Assembly (NCBI GenBank): GCA_019828565.1
Contig: JAHDYR010000062.1
Location: 297,666 to 361,665, forward strand
Direction of reading: 5' to 3'
DNA from: Carpediemonas membranifera BICM
Lineage: Eukaryota; Protista; Fornicata
Length of the DNA stretch: 64,000 bases
Shown here: one piece after another, positions 55,401 to 64,000 of the stretch
How the letters are laid out: each line of letters opens with the position of its first letter
Numbering within the stretch: the first letter of the stretch is position 1
The notes under the pieces: model-generated
Told to the model about the DNA's origin: nothing
What the model saw: only the letters and a program-made list of their open reading frames with translations
Databases searched by the model: none
Translations under genes and position numbers: made by a program

Positions 55401-56011
55401 TCCATCTCGCCAAGCATCGGCGCTGCCATGAGATCGAGGCCGGGCGGCAGGTCCGGCATCTCGGGCTCGTCGGGAATGATCCCTGGCGGGGCTGGGGGCA
55501 TCGTAGGGAACGAGTCGATGGCTGAGAAGTCAATCATGCTGTCCATGCCTCCCATGTCGTGGCCGTGGAGGTTGCTCATGTCGAGCTCGAGCTCGGGACC
55601 GGGGACGTGGCTAAAGTTCATGCCGAGGCCGAACTCGCGGAAAAGCTCGGTGTCTGTGGTGTCCGGCAGTGTGGTGTCCGGAAGTGTGGTGTTAGGAAGT
55701 TCTGCGACATTGTCGGTGTCCTCAACAAGCTGCACACGGACCTTCATGCGGGTTGCGGGAGTATTGAGGTCGAGATCCTCGAGAACGAGCTCAAAGTCGC
55801 TTTCCGACGCGGTGGTAACCCAGAACTCTTCCGCAGGATCATAAATCTCCAGAAGGCCGATGGAAAAGCTTCTGGGATCGTTCGAAACGGGAGAGATTTC
55901 GAGTATGACATTCCTCAGGTCCTCCAGCGTCTCAGGACGATCAATCATCCGTAGGACGTTCTTTTTACCATCTGGCAAGATGAACGTGAAGGATCCCTTA
56001 AGCTTAGACAT
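52427..56011 (-). CDS. Large hypothetical protein (possible PB1-like N-terminus, Pro-rich linker, repeated beta-rich/OB-like units)
   Basis: 1194-aa ORF. Domain guesses come from pattern only. Confidence 0.75.
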   Translation of the reverse strand: MSKLKGSFTFILPDGKKNVLRMIDRPETLEDLRNVILEISPVSNDPRSFSIGLLEIYDPAEEFWVTTASESDFELVLEDLDLNTPATRMKVRVQLVEDTDNVAELPNTTLPDTTLPDTTDTELFREFGLGMNFSHVPGPELELDMSNLHGHDMGGMDSMIDFSAIDSFPTMPPAPPGIIPDEPEMPDLPPGLDLMAAPMLGEMDELQLEPMVPMMPSPPLPVRPEVVEEEAAEPAEVTPEPTPEPTTQPAAPAPAPAPVPVQTLGAPAQPGSPGQTTIGAVRFLSRERAGGVHVAMFTCTTSPLPSTGAIGPYSTEPETWYTAFATVPSAVAPALSLGVLCSLSVTPMAGLPYASKAELVEVLGRPEAGEAETIVFVMPNAKGHQRDDTDATRFYLRRPITLDGLPGINGVSVPDSIPPGSLVSAQVRRIGRDGYGSTVGSYNHREPVVLWKLADMDGVKFEGVVVDVGKEDRQRVHYIVTGSVGPRSGPTVVSFRSDDKQFDVGARLSYQVHGRHFFIRESGEVYHIVHHVQLVKPKKAKPVKQTQPAKPAPAKHQHRQATFDPPRRACLRITDKGVHRGIVVHCAVGLGLAFIRTTTADGPVIVMWRGPTVAATAEALQVSDLTSLAVAFEVAPVPSARPNPAGFVSGQLYSVKADVHPLAWVVLPRESITTCIVRGLSSQHADIVLPNGLGTTYPIAQISSPLPIKPGDILKLQTDSEGAIDTAEFDSALPIVEGQTTAVEGVVAAVETIHEDQPPVAFIVPVTPLVIERMHCTLVCGTIAEQLYPGDVVLTNIKKGNPLTLNVRGMRETAMMAFNICLIRSRIGKSGRTDRVLDSAAFQGWAPGSTCPKDARDLPGSQQSVVEFERPEVCGFLDRYPSLDFVDGQFIPEEKVDDKYTIPFVMSRQICKHVHPMTPGWTVHHLRYFFANSLGPKAMLMRPTKGKSVDSQGFPSEDTSFRVALGFCYVHHKLQAQFTARPALSYGLYRSLAPWTPGTGLPSWFTEPMTFTKAKSELRQESRSLHKRLMGSRPLSDRPDPNVGLYYITVPRLPVLKDMYVATEAIPDDLKTALSNLSLPMVRAYLPRHREPAELRGGKGRWCVVLDRQHHSVRVDIDAAQLNRREESTPVTPRYAQDLVVTDTYDGYACDDPGAPGWVYRNGVWPSMLMVGPDAEIKLMRARPIKDTKAPWAQ

Positions 56012-56315
56012 CGCTAAAGGGCTTCACGGCCAGTTGATTTCGAACTGAAGACAATTATGTAGACTCGGAGGTAAATACGTAAATGGCGGGAAATCTGAGA
56101 CTCGCATGGCACGGGGCATTTGACCAGCATGATTGGACTTCGTCGAGATCAGCGCCGCGGGGCAGGGCCTGTGGGTGTCCTTCTGCCCTCCCTACAAGCT
56201 ACGTTGCAAGGGTCTTCATGGCATGGGTGGTAAGGACAACCACTGGACTTGTCAGTCGTCAGTCGTTTATGAACACTCTCAACATATCACCGTTGTATCA
56301 TGTAGCACAACGCCC

Positions 56316-57977
56316 TCAGCTCTGGCCACATAGTCCTACCGACGCTGCCATCACCTCGTATGAGTCCCGGTCCCTGTTGGCCGACTCCCGCACCAGCACC
56401 AGCCCCAGCCGGCCCAGCTCGGCCAGGGACTCGTAAATTTGGTCCTGGGGCACGCCGTTCTCAGTCATGCGGGCTATGAGGGGCAGGGCAGTATCCCTGT
56501 CCTTGACCCCGCCCAGGGTGAGGCAATGCCAGGCCGTGGCGACGCAGGGGAACTGACGGAAGCCGAGGACGCCGGGCACCTCGGACCTACGGCCGGCGGG
56601 GGCGTAGAGCTCGGCCACGACGCTCTCTGTGGGCAGCCCGTCGGTAACAGGCGGGGCGGGCAGGAGCAGCAGCCGGGCGACAGTGGTGGCATGCCGCAGG
56701 ATGGGGGTCAGACACTCGGCAAGGTGCTTCCGGGAGGCGCGACCATCGGAATCGCCGCTGAGCACCGCCTCGACCTTGCTCTGCACTGTGTGAGGCAGGA
56801 GCAGCCGTGCGTCCTGGTAGAACTCGGCCACGGTCGCCCTGAGATCATCAACGGGGACCATGCCGGCAGACCCGGACACGAGTGCCCCCACGTCCCCTGC
56901 TGGGTCCGACAGGAGGTAGTAGAAGACGTCTGGGGCATCAAACTTCTCCTTGAGGCGGGGATAGGCTCTGAGGACTCCCGACACGACGGGCCTGAGCAGG
57001 TCGACCAGTCGGCCCGCGTTCCTCAGTCGGCCAACGCTGGACTCGACCTCCGCCTTGGCACACGGGCACCCGGCCTGCAGACCCTGCCCGTGGTCGCGGT
57101 CGGTGTACGGGGCAGGCTCGGCGTCGAATGAAGGCGGGGCCTGGAAGCTGAAGACGACGTCCAGGCGGCGGATCAGGCCGAAGGTAAGCAGACGGCGGAG
57201 CTTGCTGATGATGGGGGCGCCCTGCTCGTACAGCTTGACGAGCTCGGTAACCTGGCGGTGTGAGACCTTGGCGTATGGGCTCAGATTGGCCAAGAGATCG
57301 CCCAGGGCTGAGGAAGAAACGACCGGGGCTGGTATGCAGCACTGGATGACCCAGCTCGGCCTCTGCTGTGTCCTGAGATGCTCTGGGACGACCGTGACCA
57401 CTCTCAGCGGCAGGGTCTTGATGACATCGTAGTAAAGCTCCAAGGACGCGACATGCGGGTCGACCACAATGACCACAGCGAGCGGGTCCATCCTACTAGC
57501 GGAATCCTGGTCGCTGAACCATGCCCCGGGCCGCACAGCCTGCCTGCCCTTGACGAGGGCGTGGAGGTGGGCGGGTGACTCGCACTGGCGGCCGTCGAGA
57601 CCAAGAGCGGTCGCCATGGTGCTGTATACAGACTCCATGGTGTACTGTGGCGAGAGTACGGCCGAGTGTGGCACGTGGCGGCGGGTGGCGTCGGCGAGGG
57701 CCTGGCAGTGAGCAGTGTGAAATGACATGACGACGGAGGCCGATCGGGCCGGGAGATCAGTGGGCACAGACTGCGCTGAGGTCATTGGGAGCAGCTTTTG
57801 GACGGTGGTTGCCAGGGATGCGGCGAGCTCGATGATTTGAACTGAAATCAGCGACTCAACGGGAGCTACGACCTCATCGACCATAGAGCCGATTGCACTC
57901 ATGTGTTTCGCAAAGATGGCGTCATTAAACTTCCATTCGATGCTGTGTGCTCTTTCGAGCTCAGCGTCAAGGTTCAT
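56316..57977 (-). CDS. ORC3: Divergent origin recognition complex subunit 3-like protein
   Basis: Collinear resemblance to ORC3 blocks as I recall them: AVVIVVDPHVASLELYYDVIKTL, YAKVSHRQVTELVKLY, PCVATAW and ESLAELGRLGLV. Confidence 0.55.
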   Translation of the reverse strand: MNLDAELERAHSIEWKFNDAIFAKHMSAIGSMVDEVVAPVESLISVQIIELAASLATTVQKLLPMTSAQSVPTDLPARSASVVMSFHTAHCQALADATRRHVPHSAVLSPQYTMESVYSTMATALGLDGRQCESPAHLHALVKGRQAVRPGAWFSDQDSASRMDPLAVVIVVDPHVASLELYYDVIKTLPLRVVTVVPEHLRTQQRPSWVIQCCIPAPVVSSSALGDLLANLSPYAKVSHRQVTELVKLYEQGAPIISKLRRLLTFGLIRRLDVVFSFQAPPSFDAEPAPYTDRDHGQGLQAGCPCAKAEVESSVGRLRNAGRLVDLLRPVVSGVLRAYPRLKEKFDAPDVFYYLLSDPAGDVGALVSGSAGMVPVDDLRATVAEFYQDARLLLPHTVQSKVEAVLSGDSDGRASRKHLAECLTPILRHATTVARLLLLPAPPVTDGLPTESVVAELYAPAGRRSEVPGVLGFRQFPCVATAWHCLTLGGVKDRDTALPLIARMTENGVPQDQIYESLAELGRLGLVLVRESANRDRDSYEVMAASVGLCGQS

Positions 57978-58037
57978 TGCTGGCGACTCTCCAACTCAAG
58001 CTCTGCAGCGCCACCAACAAACCACAGACCCGGAGCT

Positions 58038-59075
58038 CTACAACCCGTTTATGATGTCTACCTTGACCCCTGAGAGTTTGATCTCGTCCCGCCCCTTTTT
58101 GGCAACGCGCACCTTAGGCTTCGGAGAAGGAGGCTTCGGCCGCCGCGACAAGAAGTCCATAGCCGCGGGTACTGGGAGCTTGGCCGGCGTGCCCTGTGGC
58201 TTCGGCCGCTCCTCATCAGCCACCTCCTCAGCCTGCACCGTGGATCGCCCAGACTTCGCAGTCATGGCCCGGATGATCCTTTCCGCAGCAGACTGGGGCG
58301 GGTTGATTAATAGATCGTACTCTGGTCTCTTGGGCAGGGTCTTGTCCAGCACAGTCACGTCCAGTGGATCGGATGGGTCAATTGTGCGGCCAAACGCCAC
58401 AGTGTGCTCCTTGACATCGCCTAGCAGCCTGGTCGCCCGAGCCCGCTCGACTGGGGTGACTGGGATGAAGTCGAGTATGTCGAGGGCGGGGAAGGCGTCA
58501 ATAACTGCAAGGCGGTATGGTCGGGCGGGGGTGAACGGGTTTCCCATGAGGACGAGCGTCCGGAGACTGCTGAGGTGGCGGATCGCATCGAGAGTCTCCT
58601 CGAAGTCCGTGAGCTGGTTGTCCTCGAGGTTGAGCTCCTCGAGGAACTTCATGTGGCGGATACTGCTGCCACGGAGGGAAGAGATGCGGTTCTTTTGTAC
58701 AAATAGGCCCCGTAACCTGCGGAGCGTGTCTAGACCGGTGAGTTCGCTGATCTTGTTGTTGTTGAGGTATAGAACTTCGAGTTTGACGAACGGCTCGAAG
58801 TCTGCGATGCGGGTGATACCACATCCTTTCATATATAGCTCAAGGACATCACTTGGAAGCCCGGTGATCCTTCCTATTGGATCGGAGGGAACATCGGGTT
58901 CCGGTTCTGGCTCCTGCTCCGGTTCTGATTCTTGATTGGATGCTACGGATTCTTCTTCATTGTGAGTATTCTCTTCATCTTCTTGATTATCGTTGACATT
59001 TTCAATTACGCCCTCCTGCGGGGGAACAGGCTCGTTGGCTGGATCGGCCATATTGTGCAGTTTAACAATGTGCAT
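58038..59075 (-). CDS. SDS22-like leucine-rich repeat protein with LRRcap
   Basis: LEVLYLNNNKI, LEELNLEDNQL and LVLMGNPF...YRLAVI..FPALDILD. Confidence 0.9.
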   Translation of the reverse strand: MHIVKLHNMADPANEPVPPQEGVIENVNDNQEDEENTHNEEESVASNQESEPEQEPEPEPDVPSDPIGRITGLPSDVLELYMKGCGITRIADFEPFVKLEVLYLNNNKISELTGLDTLRRLRGLFVQKNRISSLRGSSIRHMKFLEELNLEDNQLTDFEETLDAIRHLSSLRTLVLMGNPFTPARPYRLAVIDAFPALDILDFIPVTPVERARATRLLGDVKEHTVAFGRTIDPSDPLDVTVLDKTLPKRPEYDLLINPPQSAAERIIRAMTAKSGRSTVQAEEVADEERPKPQGTPAKLPVPAAMDFLSRRPKPPSPKPKVRVAKKGRDEIKLSGVKVDIINGL

Positions 59076-59686
59076 TTTATGCGCGGGTCATTGTGGTATT
59101 TAGAGGTTTATGTGGAGGATTCATGTAAAGGTGACTTTAGCTGTCGACCCCCCTGGGATGAACTCCAGAGGACTGAACAGGTTCAGTCTGACGGCCCACC
59201 TGTCGTACACCAGAAGGGTAGCGGACATGAGGGCGTCGGCGATGGTAAGAGCGACGGTTCTGGGTGGGATCTTGGTTCTCGCTCCAGTAGAAACTAGGAA
59301 TGCGGCAGCTTTGGACGCGCACATTGGGATGTTGGAGCCATCCGGCCGCGGATTGATCACAGTTGGTTTGACGCGCTAGTGCTTGTACTGTTCCTCCTTG
59401 AACTTGACTTCCTTGTCCACCGGCATGGTGTTACCGACCGTGACATCGATCACCAGTGGGGTATCTTTAGACTCAACAATTCTAATCCTGCGCAGCACAG
59501 TCATGATAAGTCGCTACTATAGGCGTATGTACTCGTCTGTGGTCCCAATGCCCCGCTTTCCATTGCTCCAGTTAGCGTCCACTCCACCGGGTGGCCTTTG
59601 TTCAAGTCACTTCAGTCTCAGCCCTTTGCCGTCAGACATCGCGTGTGTCTAGCGGCCAGTCATCCCTCTGATCAGCCCGACCCGCC

Positions 59687-60120
59687 TCACTGGGGCCACA
59701 GCAGGGCAAGGAGCCCCTTGCTCCACTGGTCGGTTGGAACCACAGTTGACTGCTCTGCTCCGGGTAGCCTGGACGCTATCTCCACAGCGAGGAGGTGCTT
59801 GCACATGAACTCCGTCTTGGTCTCGACGACTTGCTGGGCGTGGGCGCGACACGAGCATGAGTTGGGAAGGATGACGTGGGATGAATTCGCCGTGCTGGCA
59901 ACTGTGTGGTAGTAGCACCCGTTAGCAGTGGATATCCGGGACACAAGGCCGCTCTCGATGATTTGCAGGGACTCTTTAAGAGATTGTGGGAAAAGCAGAT
60001 TCAACCTGGATAAAACGCAGCATTTGAAGGTACATACGTTGTCATAGTCTCAATCGTGATGTCCTTATCGAGTTCAATGCTCTGTAGAGCGTGTTCGAAG
60101 ATTACCTCGAACATGCCCAT
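59687..60120 (-). CDS. ZSWIM7: SWIM zinc-finger Shu-complex protein SWS1/ZSWIM7 (2 exons)
   Basis: CSC...MCKHLLAV SWIM motif. A 32-nt intron (60006-60037, GTATGT..CAG) joins the two ORFs in frame. Confidence 0.8.
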
Positions 60121-60214
60121 CTCCGCCACAACCCAAAGACTTGCCCAAGACTTTATGAGCTCCAAGAAGAAGAAGAAGACAAGCTGCCGACAACAAATGC
60201 TATAATACACGCGT

Positions 60215-61066
60215 CTATACCCTTCCGGCCTCCTCTATCATCCGCTCAGCCATTCTTCTGTTGTACGCCCGGTCCGGATTTGTCCCTCTGCCCCTCGACC
60301 CGTCGATCGCCGCCGCCTTGTCCAGCGCAACAATGGCTGTCCGGAGGGACTTCACATCAGACTCAGTGGCCGGACTCTTCCGCATAGTCTGTATAAATAG
60401 GGCGGCCAGTGCATACCGGTCCCAGAGCACTGAGTCGTTGGGCGCAGAGATGGCAAGTCGGGCAGAAATCCGCAGCGCTTGGTCCATAAACTGGGCCGGG
60501 TTCTGTGGGGCGGCCAGGGATGGGTGGACTTGAATGGACTTGTTCCAGGCGTAGAGGCGGCGGAGGACGACAGTGTAAAGGGACTGATGACGCGGGTCCG
60601 ACGAGAGACGCAGCAGGCGCTCGATGCAGGAGTGCGCCATGTAGATATCCCCGGCGTTGAGCGAGGACTGGGTCAAGTAGTAGAGCGAGTCGGCGTGTGT
60701 GGCATCGAGGCGGATTGCGTTGGACAGGTTGGCGTCTGCCTCAGGGTTATGGTCATCAGTACTCATGACCAAGGCTTTCCCTATCAGAAAGCTGTGTTCT
60801 ATCTGCTCCTCACGAGTGCTTGGCGCCATGTCCCGGAGAATGAGCTGAATTTCATCGTTCTTGGCGTAGAGCACATCAGCCCGGTCACTTTCGAAGTATG
60901 ACTCGTTGTAGTCCTCTAGCTCATCGATTTTCACCCGGATGTCCGCGAACATCTCGAGGTGTTGCACTTTGGCCGATTTCATCCAAGTCCTACGGTTAAA
61001 CTGCACCCCTCCCAGCCAGCCCAGTGGAGCAGACTCACAAGTCCTCTCTATGCTTCCTCTAGCCAT
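60215..61066 (-). CDS. TTC5: TTC5-like TPR protein (start may be further downstream)
   Basis: DEL..Y.ESYFE, GKAL....HNPEA...LSNAIRLD, GD...AHSC, VVLRRL and NPDRAYNR match the TTC5 TPR region. Confidence 0.8.
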   Translation of the reverse strand: MARGSIERTCESAPLGWLGGVQFNRRTWMKSAKVQHLEMFADIRVKIDELEDYNESYFESDRADVLYAKNDEIQLILRDMAPSTREEQIEHSFLIGKALVMSTDDHNPEADANLSNAIRLDATHADSLYYLTQSSLNAGDIYMAHSCIERLLRLSSDPRHQSLYTVVLRRLYAWNKSIQVHPSLAAPQNPAQFMDQALRISARLAISAPNDSVLWDRYALAALFIQTMRKSPATESDVKSLRTAIVALDKAAAIDGSRGRGTNPDRAYNRRMAERMIEEAGRV

Positions 61067-61228
61067 GGAGCGGGCCAGCTAAAACAGCCTTACTTCCGCC
61101 ACGTATGAAAGGTAACCCCCCAAAGTCGGGAGCACGCCCACTCACTTTCAGCCTGCACATTAGATTCATATTTAGTCCAGATCAAGGCTATATATACAAA
61201 TATTGCCACTACTATTGCATACATGAGC

Positions 61229-61804
61229 TTAGCTAAGGCTCTCGCCATTTGGCGATGTGGGCGAGAACGTCGGCGAAAACGTGTGGTCAACCGAGCGGGG
61301 GAGCTGATGCAGCTCATACAGCGACGGCAGACGTCTCAGGCTACCCGGCCCAGTGCTGGGTGAGGCGCACGAGAACACGGACATGGCCTCCTGCCCGAGG
61401 CCATCGGCAGTCATCACGCCGAAGATGGTTCCATTCATCGAGGCGCTAGAGGAGCTATCGTCAGGCCTAGGGGAGTACTGCGGGCCGTACGAGAATATCA
61501 GGCTGGCTGCGTTTGGCATGTCCTCTCCGTTGCCGCGGTCGCCAGGACGGTTCCATGAAAAATTGTTGATGTTTGTGATCGCTTCGTCAATTGAGCGGGT
61601 TTCCACTGTCGGAGACGTTGTTTGCTCCACATTGATGCTTGCAGGAAGACCAACAGGCGACATGTCGAAGATAGGAACCCCAACTTCTTCTCTGTCTCGG
61701 CCGATTGTATTGACAATGTAAAATGGCTTGTCGTGGTCATTGTCGTCTTGGTCTTCTTCTGGGATGCAGTGTATTGCTTTCAAAGGGTGGTTATTATTGC
61801 TCAT
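61229..61804 (-). CDS. Hypothetical Ser/Pro-rich protein (may extend to TM segment at 61090-61240)
   Basis: 191-aa ATG ORF. An overlapping frame carries a hydrophobic helix. Confidence 0.45.
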   Translation of the reverse strand: MSNNNHPLKAIHCIPEEDQDDNDHDKPFYIVNTIGRDREEVGVPIFDMSPVGLPASINVEQTTSPTVETRSIDEAITNINNFSWNRPGDRGNGEDMPNAASLIFSYGPQYSPRPDDSSSSASMNGTIFGVMTADGLGQEAMSVFSCASPSTGPGSLRRLPSLYELHQLPRSVDHTFSPTFSPTSPNGESLS

Positions 61805-62579
61805 TCGGTTCTGGCGAAACGCAGGATAACGTTAGTCATTTCAGTTTATGTGCATGGCCTGCCAGTGGCTCTCTTGCTGCTCATTTGCTTCGAACAAAAG
61901 GCAATACCCTTGTTCTGCGCAATACTGCCTTGTTTCCTTCCATCCTCCTCTCCTCTTATGTCGGCCTGGAGATCGTTTTCTTCGGGATCATCATACGATC
62001 GTTGTCAAACAAGATGGGCAGTGTCGTCGTCGATGACAAGCTCCACTGAGCACTACACGCGACCCAAGACCAGGGCTGTAAAATCTTCATAGTAAAAGAT
62101 CGTGGTGGCAAGGCTCGTGGCCCGACCCGGAAGAGCAGAAGAGTTTCGACCGGGGACTTGGCTGGCGGACTCCATTTCCCAGCTGGAATTGTAACGGCAG
62201 CGGTTGTGAAATCTTTCACGGCGACTTTGACTCACGTTGACTTGTCGACTTTGGCGGCTCGGACCCTGGGCAGATTGAATGCGTTTGCATCGAAGATGCG
62301 CCTTACACAATGTACGTGGGCAAGCAAACCGTCAATTTCCGCTTGGCTATGCAGGGTGGTTAATGATAAGAGATTCATTTCAGACAGCACGCAGTGGGTT
62401 GGCCGTCGACAAGTTGGGTTCCATCGATCCTAAGGATTGCAAGTTCCCCACGCAGTGGACAAATTCCCTGATGGTATTCTCGGTCTTTCTCTCTACAACG
62501 CGAAGAATCCAGATTGGTTGCCGAGCAGAAATGAAGAATAAATGTGTCCATAAATAAACGCAATTCCTGATCGATTTAA

Positions 62580-63851
62580 TTAATGGGCGTAGGGGTTGAA
62601 GCCGGGCTCCTTGGAGTGGATGAGGTAGTTGCACAGGCCCTCCCCGAGGACCTCGTGGAGGAACTCAGAGGCGTCCAGGATACGGGCGCACTCGGCCAGA
62701 GAGGTGGGGAGGAGCTCAATGCCCATCTCCTTGCGCTGCTCGGGGGTCAGCTCAGTCTCGGGGTCGACGTTGCACTCCGGGGGAACGGCGATGTCATCCT
62801 CGATGCCCTTGAGGCCAGCGGCGAGCATGACGGCGGCGAGAAGGTGGGGAGAGCCAGAGGCGTCGCCGGCACGGAACTCGCAGCGGGCAGACTCCGGCTT
62901 GGAGATAGCGGGGACGCGGACAAGGGCGTTGCGGTTAGAGCCAGCCCACATGCTCCAGACGGGGGCCTCGTGGCCGGGCTTCAGACGGTCAAAAGTCTGC
63001 TCGTCCATGCCAAAGACGGCAGTGATCTCGCGGGCGTACTTGACGAGACCAGCGACGTACTTCTTGCCGAGGGGGGAGAGCTCCTTGGGATGGTCAAAGT
63101 TGGCAAAGAGGTTCTCGCCAGTCTTGAGGTCGTGGAGACGCTGGTGCTGGTGGAGGCCGTTGCCAGCCTTGTCGGAGCCAAGGGGCTTAGGCATGAAGTT
63201 GGCCTCGATGCCCTGCTGGTCAGCGAGGAGACGGATGAGCCACATGGCGGTGCACGTGTCGTCGGCGTTCTTGAGAGCGGGGGTGAGGTTGAGCTCGATC
63301 TCGTTCTGGCCGGCAGCGCACTCGTGGTGGGCGCGGCGGACCTTCATGCCGGCCTCGTCGAGGTGACGGCACACCTGGCGGCGGAGGGGGCCAGCCTTGT
63401 CGTCGGGGGCGACGGAGAGGTAGTGGCCGTCGTCAAGGGGCTCGCCGTTCTTGAGGTAGAACCACTCGAGCTCTGACATGAAGAAGGGCTCGAAGCCCAT
63501 CTTGTGGGCCTTCTCAATCTGCTCGCGGAGGATGGAGCGGACGCAGCCAGAGGCGCGGGTGCCATCGGTGTTGTGGACGTCGCAGAAGACCTTGGTCATG
63601 GGGCCTTCGCCGTCGATGTTGATGGTCTGGAGAGTGCTCTGGTCCGCCATGAGGTGGACGTCAGAGTTGGTGACAGTGGCATAGCCGGGGATGGAGCTGC
63701 CATCAACGCCAAGGCCGTTCTTAAAATTGCCGGGAACCTCACGGACGTGCTCCTCCATGGAGTGGAGCTTGCCGAGGATGTTGGAGCACAGGAACTGGAC
63801 GTAAGGGACGTTCTCAAGCTTCTGGGTAAAAAAGGAGGAGGAGCGGCTCAT
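62580..63851 (-). CDS. glnA: Glutamine synthetase type I family
   Basis: DGSSI.G, ELEWF, HHE.A.GQNEI, FMPKP, GNGLHQH, RL.PGHEAP, NR.A.VRVP and R.EFR..D; strong codon bias. Confidence 0.93.
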   Translation of the reverse strand: MSRSSSFFTQKLENVPYVQFLCSNILGKLHSMEEHVREVPGNFKNGLGVDGSSIPGYATVTNSDVHLMADQSTLQTINIDGEGPMTKVFCDVHNTDGTRASGCVRSILREQIEKAHKMGFEPFFMSELEWFYLKNGEPLDDGHYLSVAPDDKAGPLRRQVCRHLDEAGMKVRRAHHECAAGQNEIELNLTPALKNADDTCTAMWLIRLLADQQGIEANFMPKPLGSDKAGNGLHQHQRLHDLKTGENLFANFDHPKELSPLGKKYVAGLVKYAREITAVFGMDEQTFDRLKPGHEAPVWSMWAGSNRNALVRVPAISKPESARCEFRAGDASGSPHLLAAVMLAAGLKGIEDDIAVPPECNVDPETELTPEQRKEMGIELLPTSLAECARILDASEFLHEVLGEGLCNYLIHSKEPGFNPYAH

Positions 63852-64000
63852 TTGCAAGTGCCTGAATGCGTACCTTCTGGACTTCAGGGCTCAGTTGGGA
63901 CATAGACGTTGGAATTGAACGATGGAAAGTTCTGCCGCCAGGTTTGACCATTCCTGACTGACTGAATCGGACTTTGAGATCATAAGAAATCAAGCTACAA

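Noticed and set aside
59121-59503. Chorismate-synthase-like C-terminal fragment
   Set aside because: The resemblance is weak, the frame has an internal stop, and the signature motifs are absent.
39577-63905. Long opposite-strand ORFs overlapping CSE1, treS, the LRR gene and glnA
   Set aside because: Shadow ORFs caused by GC-rich codon bias; no independent motifs.

Overview
Eukaryotic, gene-dense, intron-poor protist DNA. It is flagellate (BBS1), has ~32-nt GT-AG introns and carries prokaryote-type TreS and GSI genes; a free-living metamonad such as Carpediemonas is my unverified guess. Bases 1-~33.6 kb are a Russian-doll transposon nest. It holds at least five Ty3/Gypsy LTR retrotransposons (plus a probable sixth, outermost one) with very short LTRs (61, 94 and 112 bp where paired and identical; ~57 and ~121 bp for two unpaired copies); the four whose pol is visible carry a chromodomain. 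It also holds a 17.6-kb TIR DNA transposon (7247-24828; 50-bp TIRs; 2-bp CT target duplication) inserted into a reverse-transcriptase gene. That element encodes two unrelated DDE transposases (CMC/EnSpm-like and IS630-Tc1 DD37E) and chromatin-type cargo: GNAT, SET, OTU, PHD, a caspase/CHAT-like protease and a zinc knuckle. All four LTR elements whose 5' LTR is visible have a 10-12 bp palindrome, of different sequence in each, where the tRNA primer-binding site should be. Bases ~33.7-64 kb are host genes: MUN/Unc-13-like, CSE1, BBS1, TreS-like GH13, a divergent ORC3-like protein, an LRR protein, SWS1/ZSWIM7, TTC5, glutamine synthetase I and hypotheticals. Many ORF breaks are single extra bases in homopolymers and are probably assembly errors. 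All protein family calls are by-eye motif recognition, not database searches.
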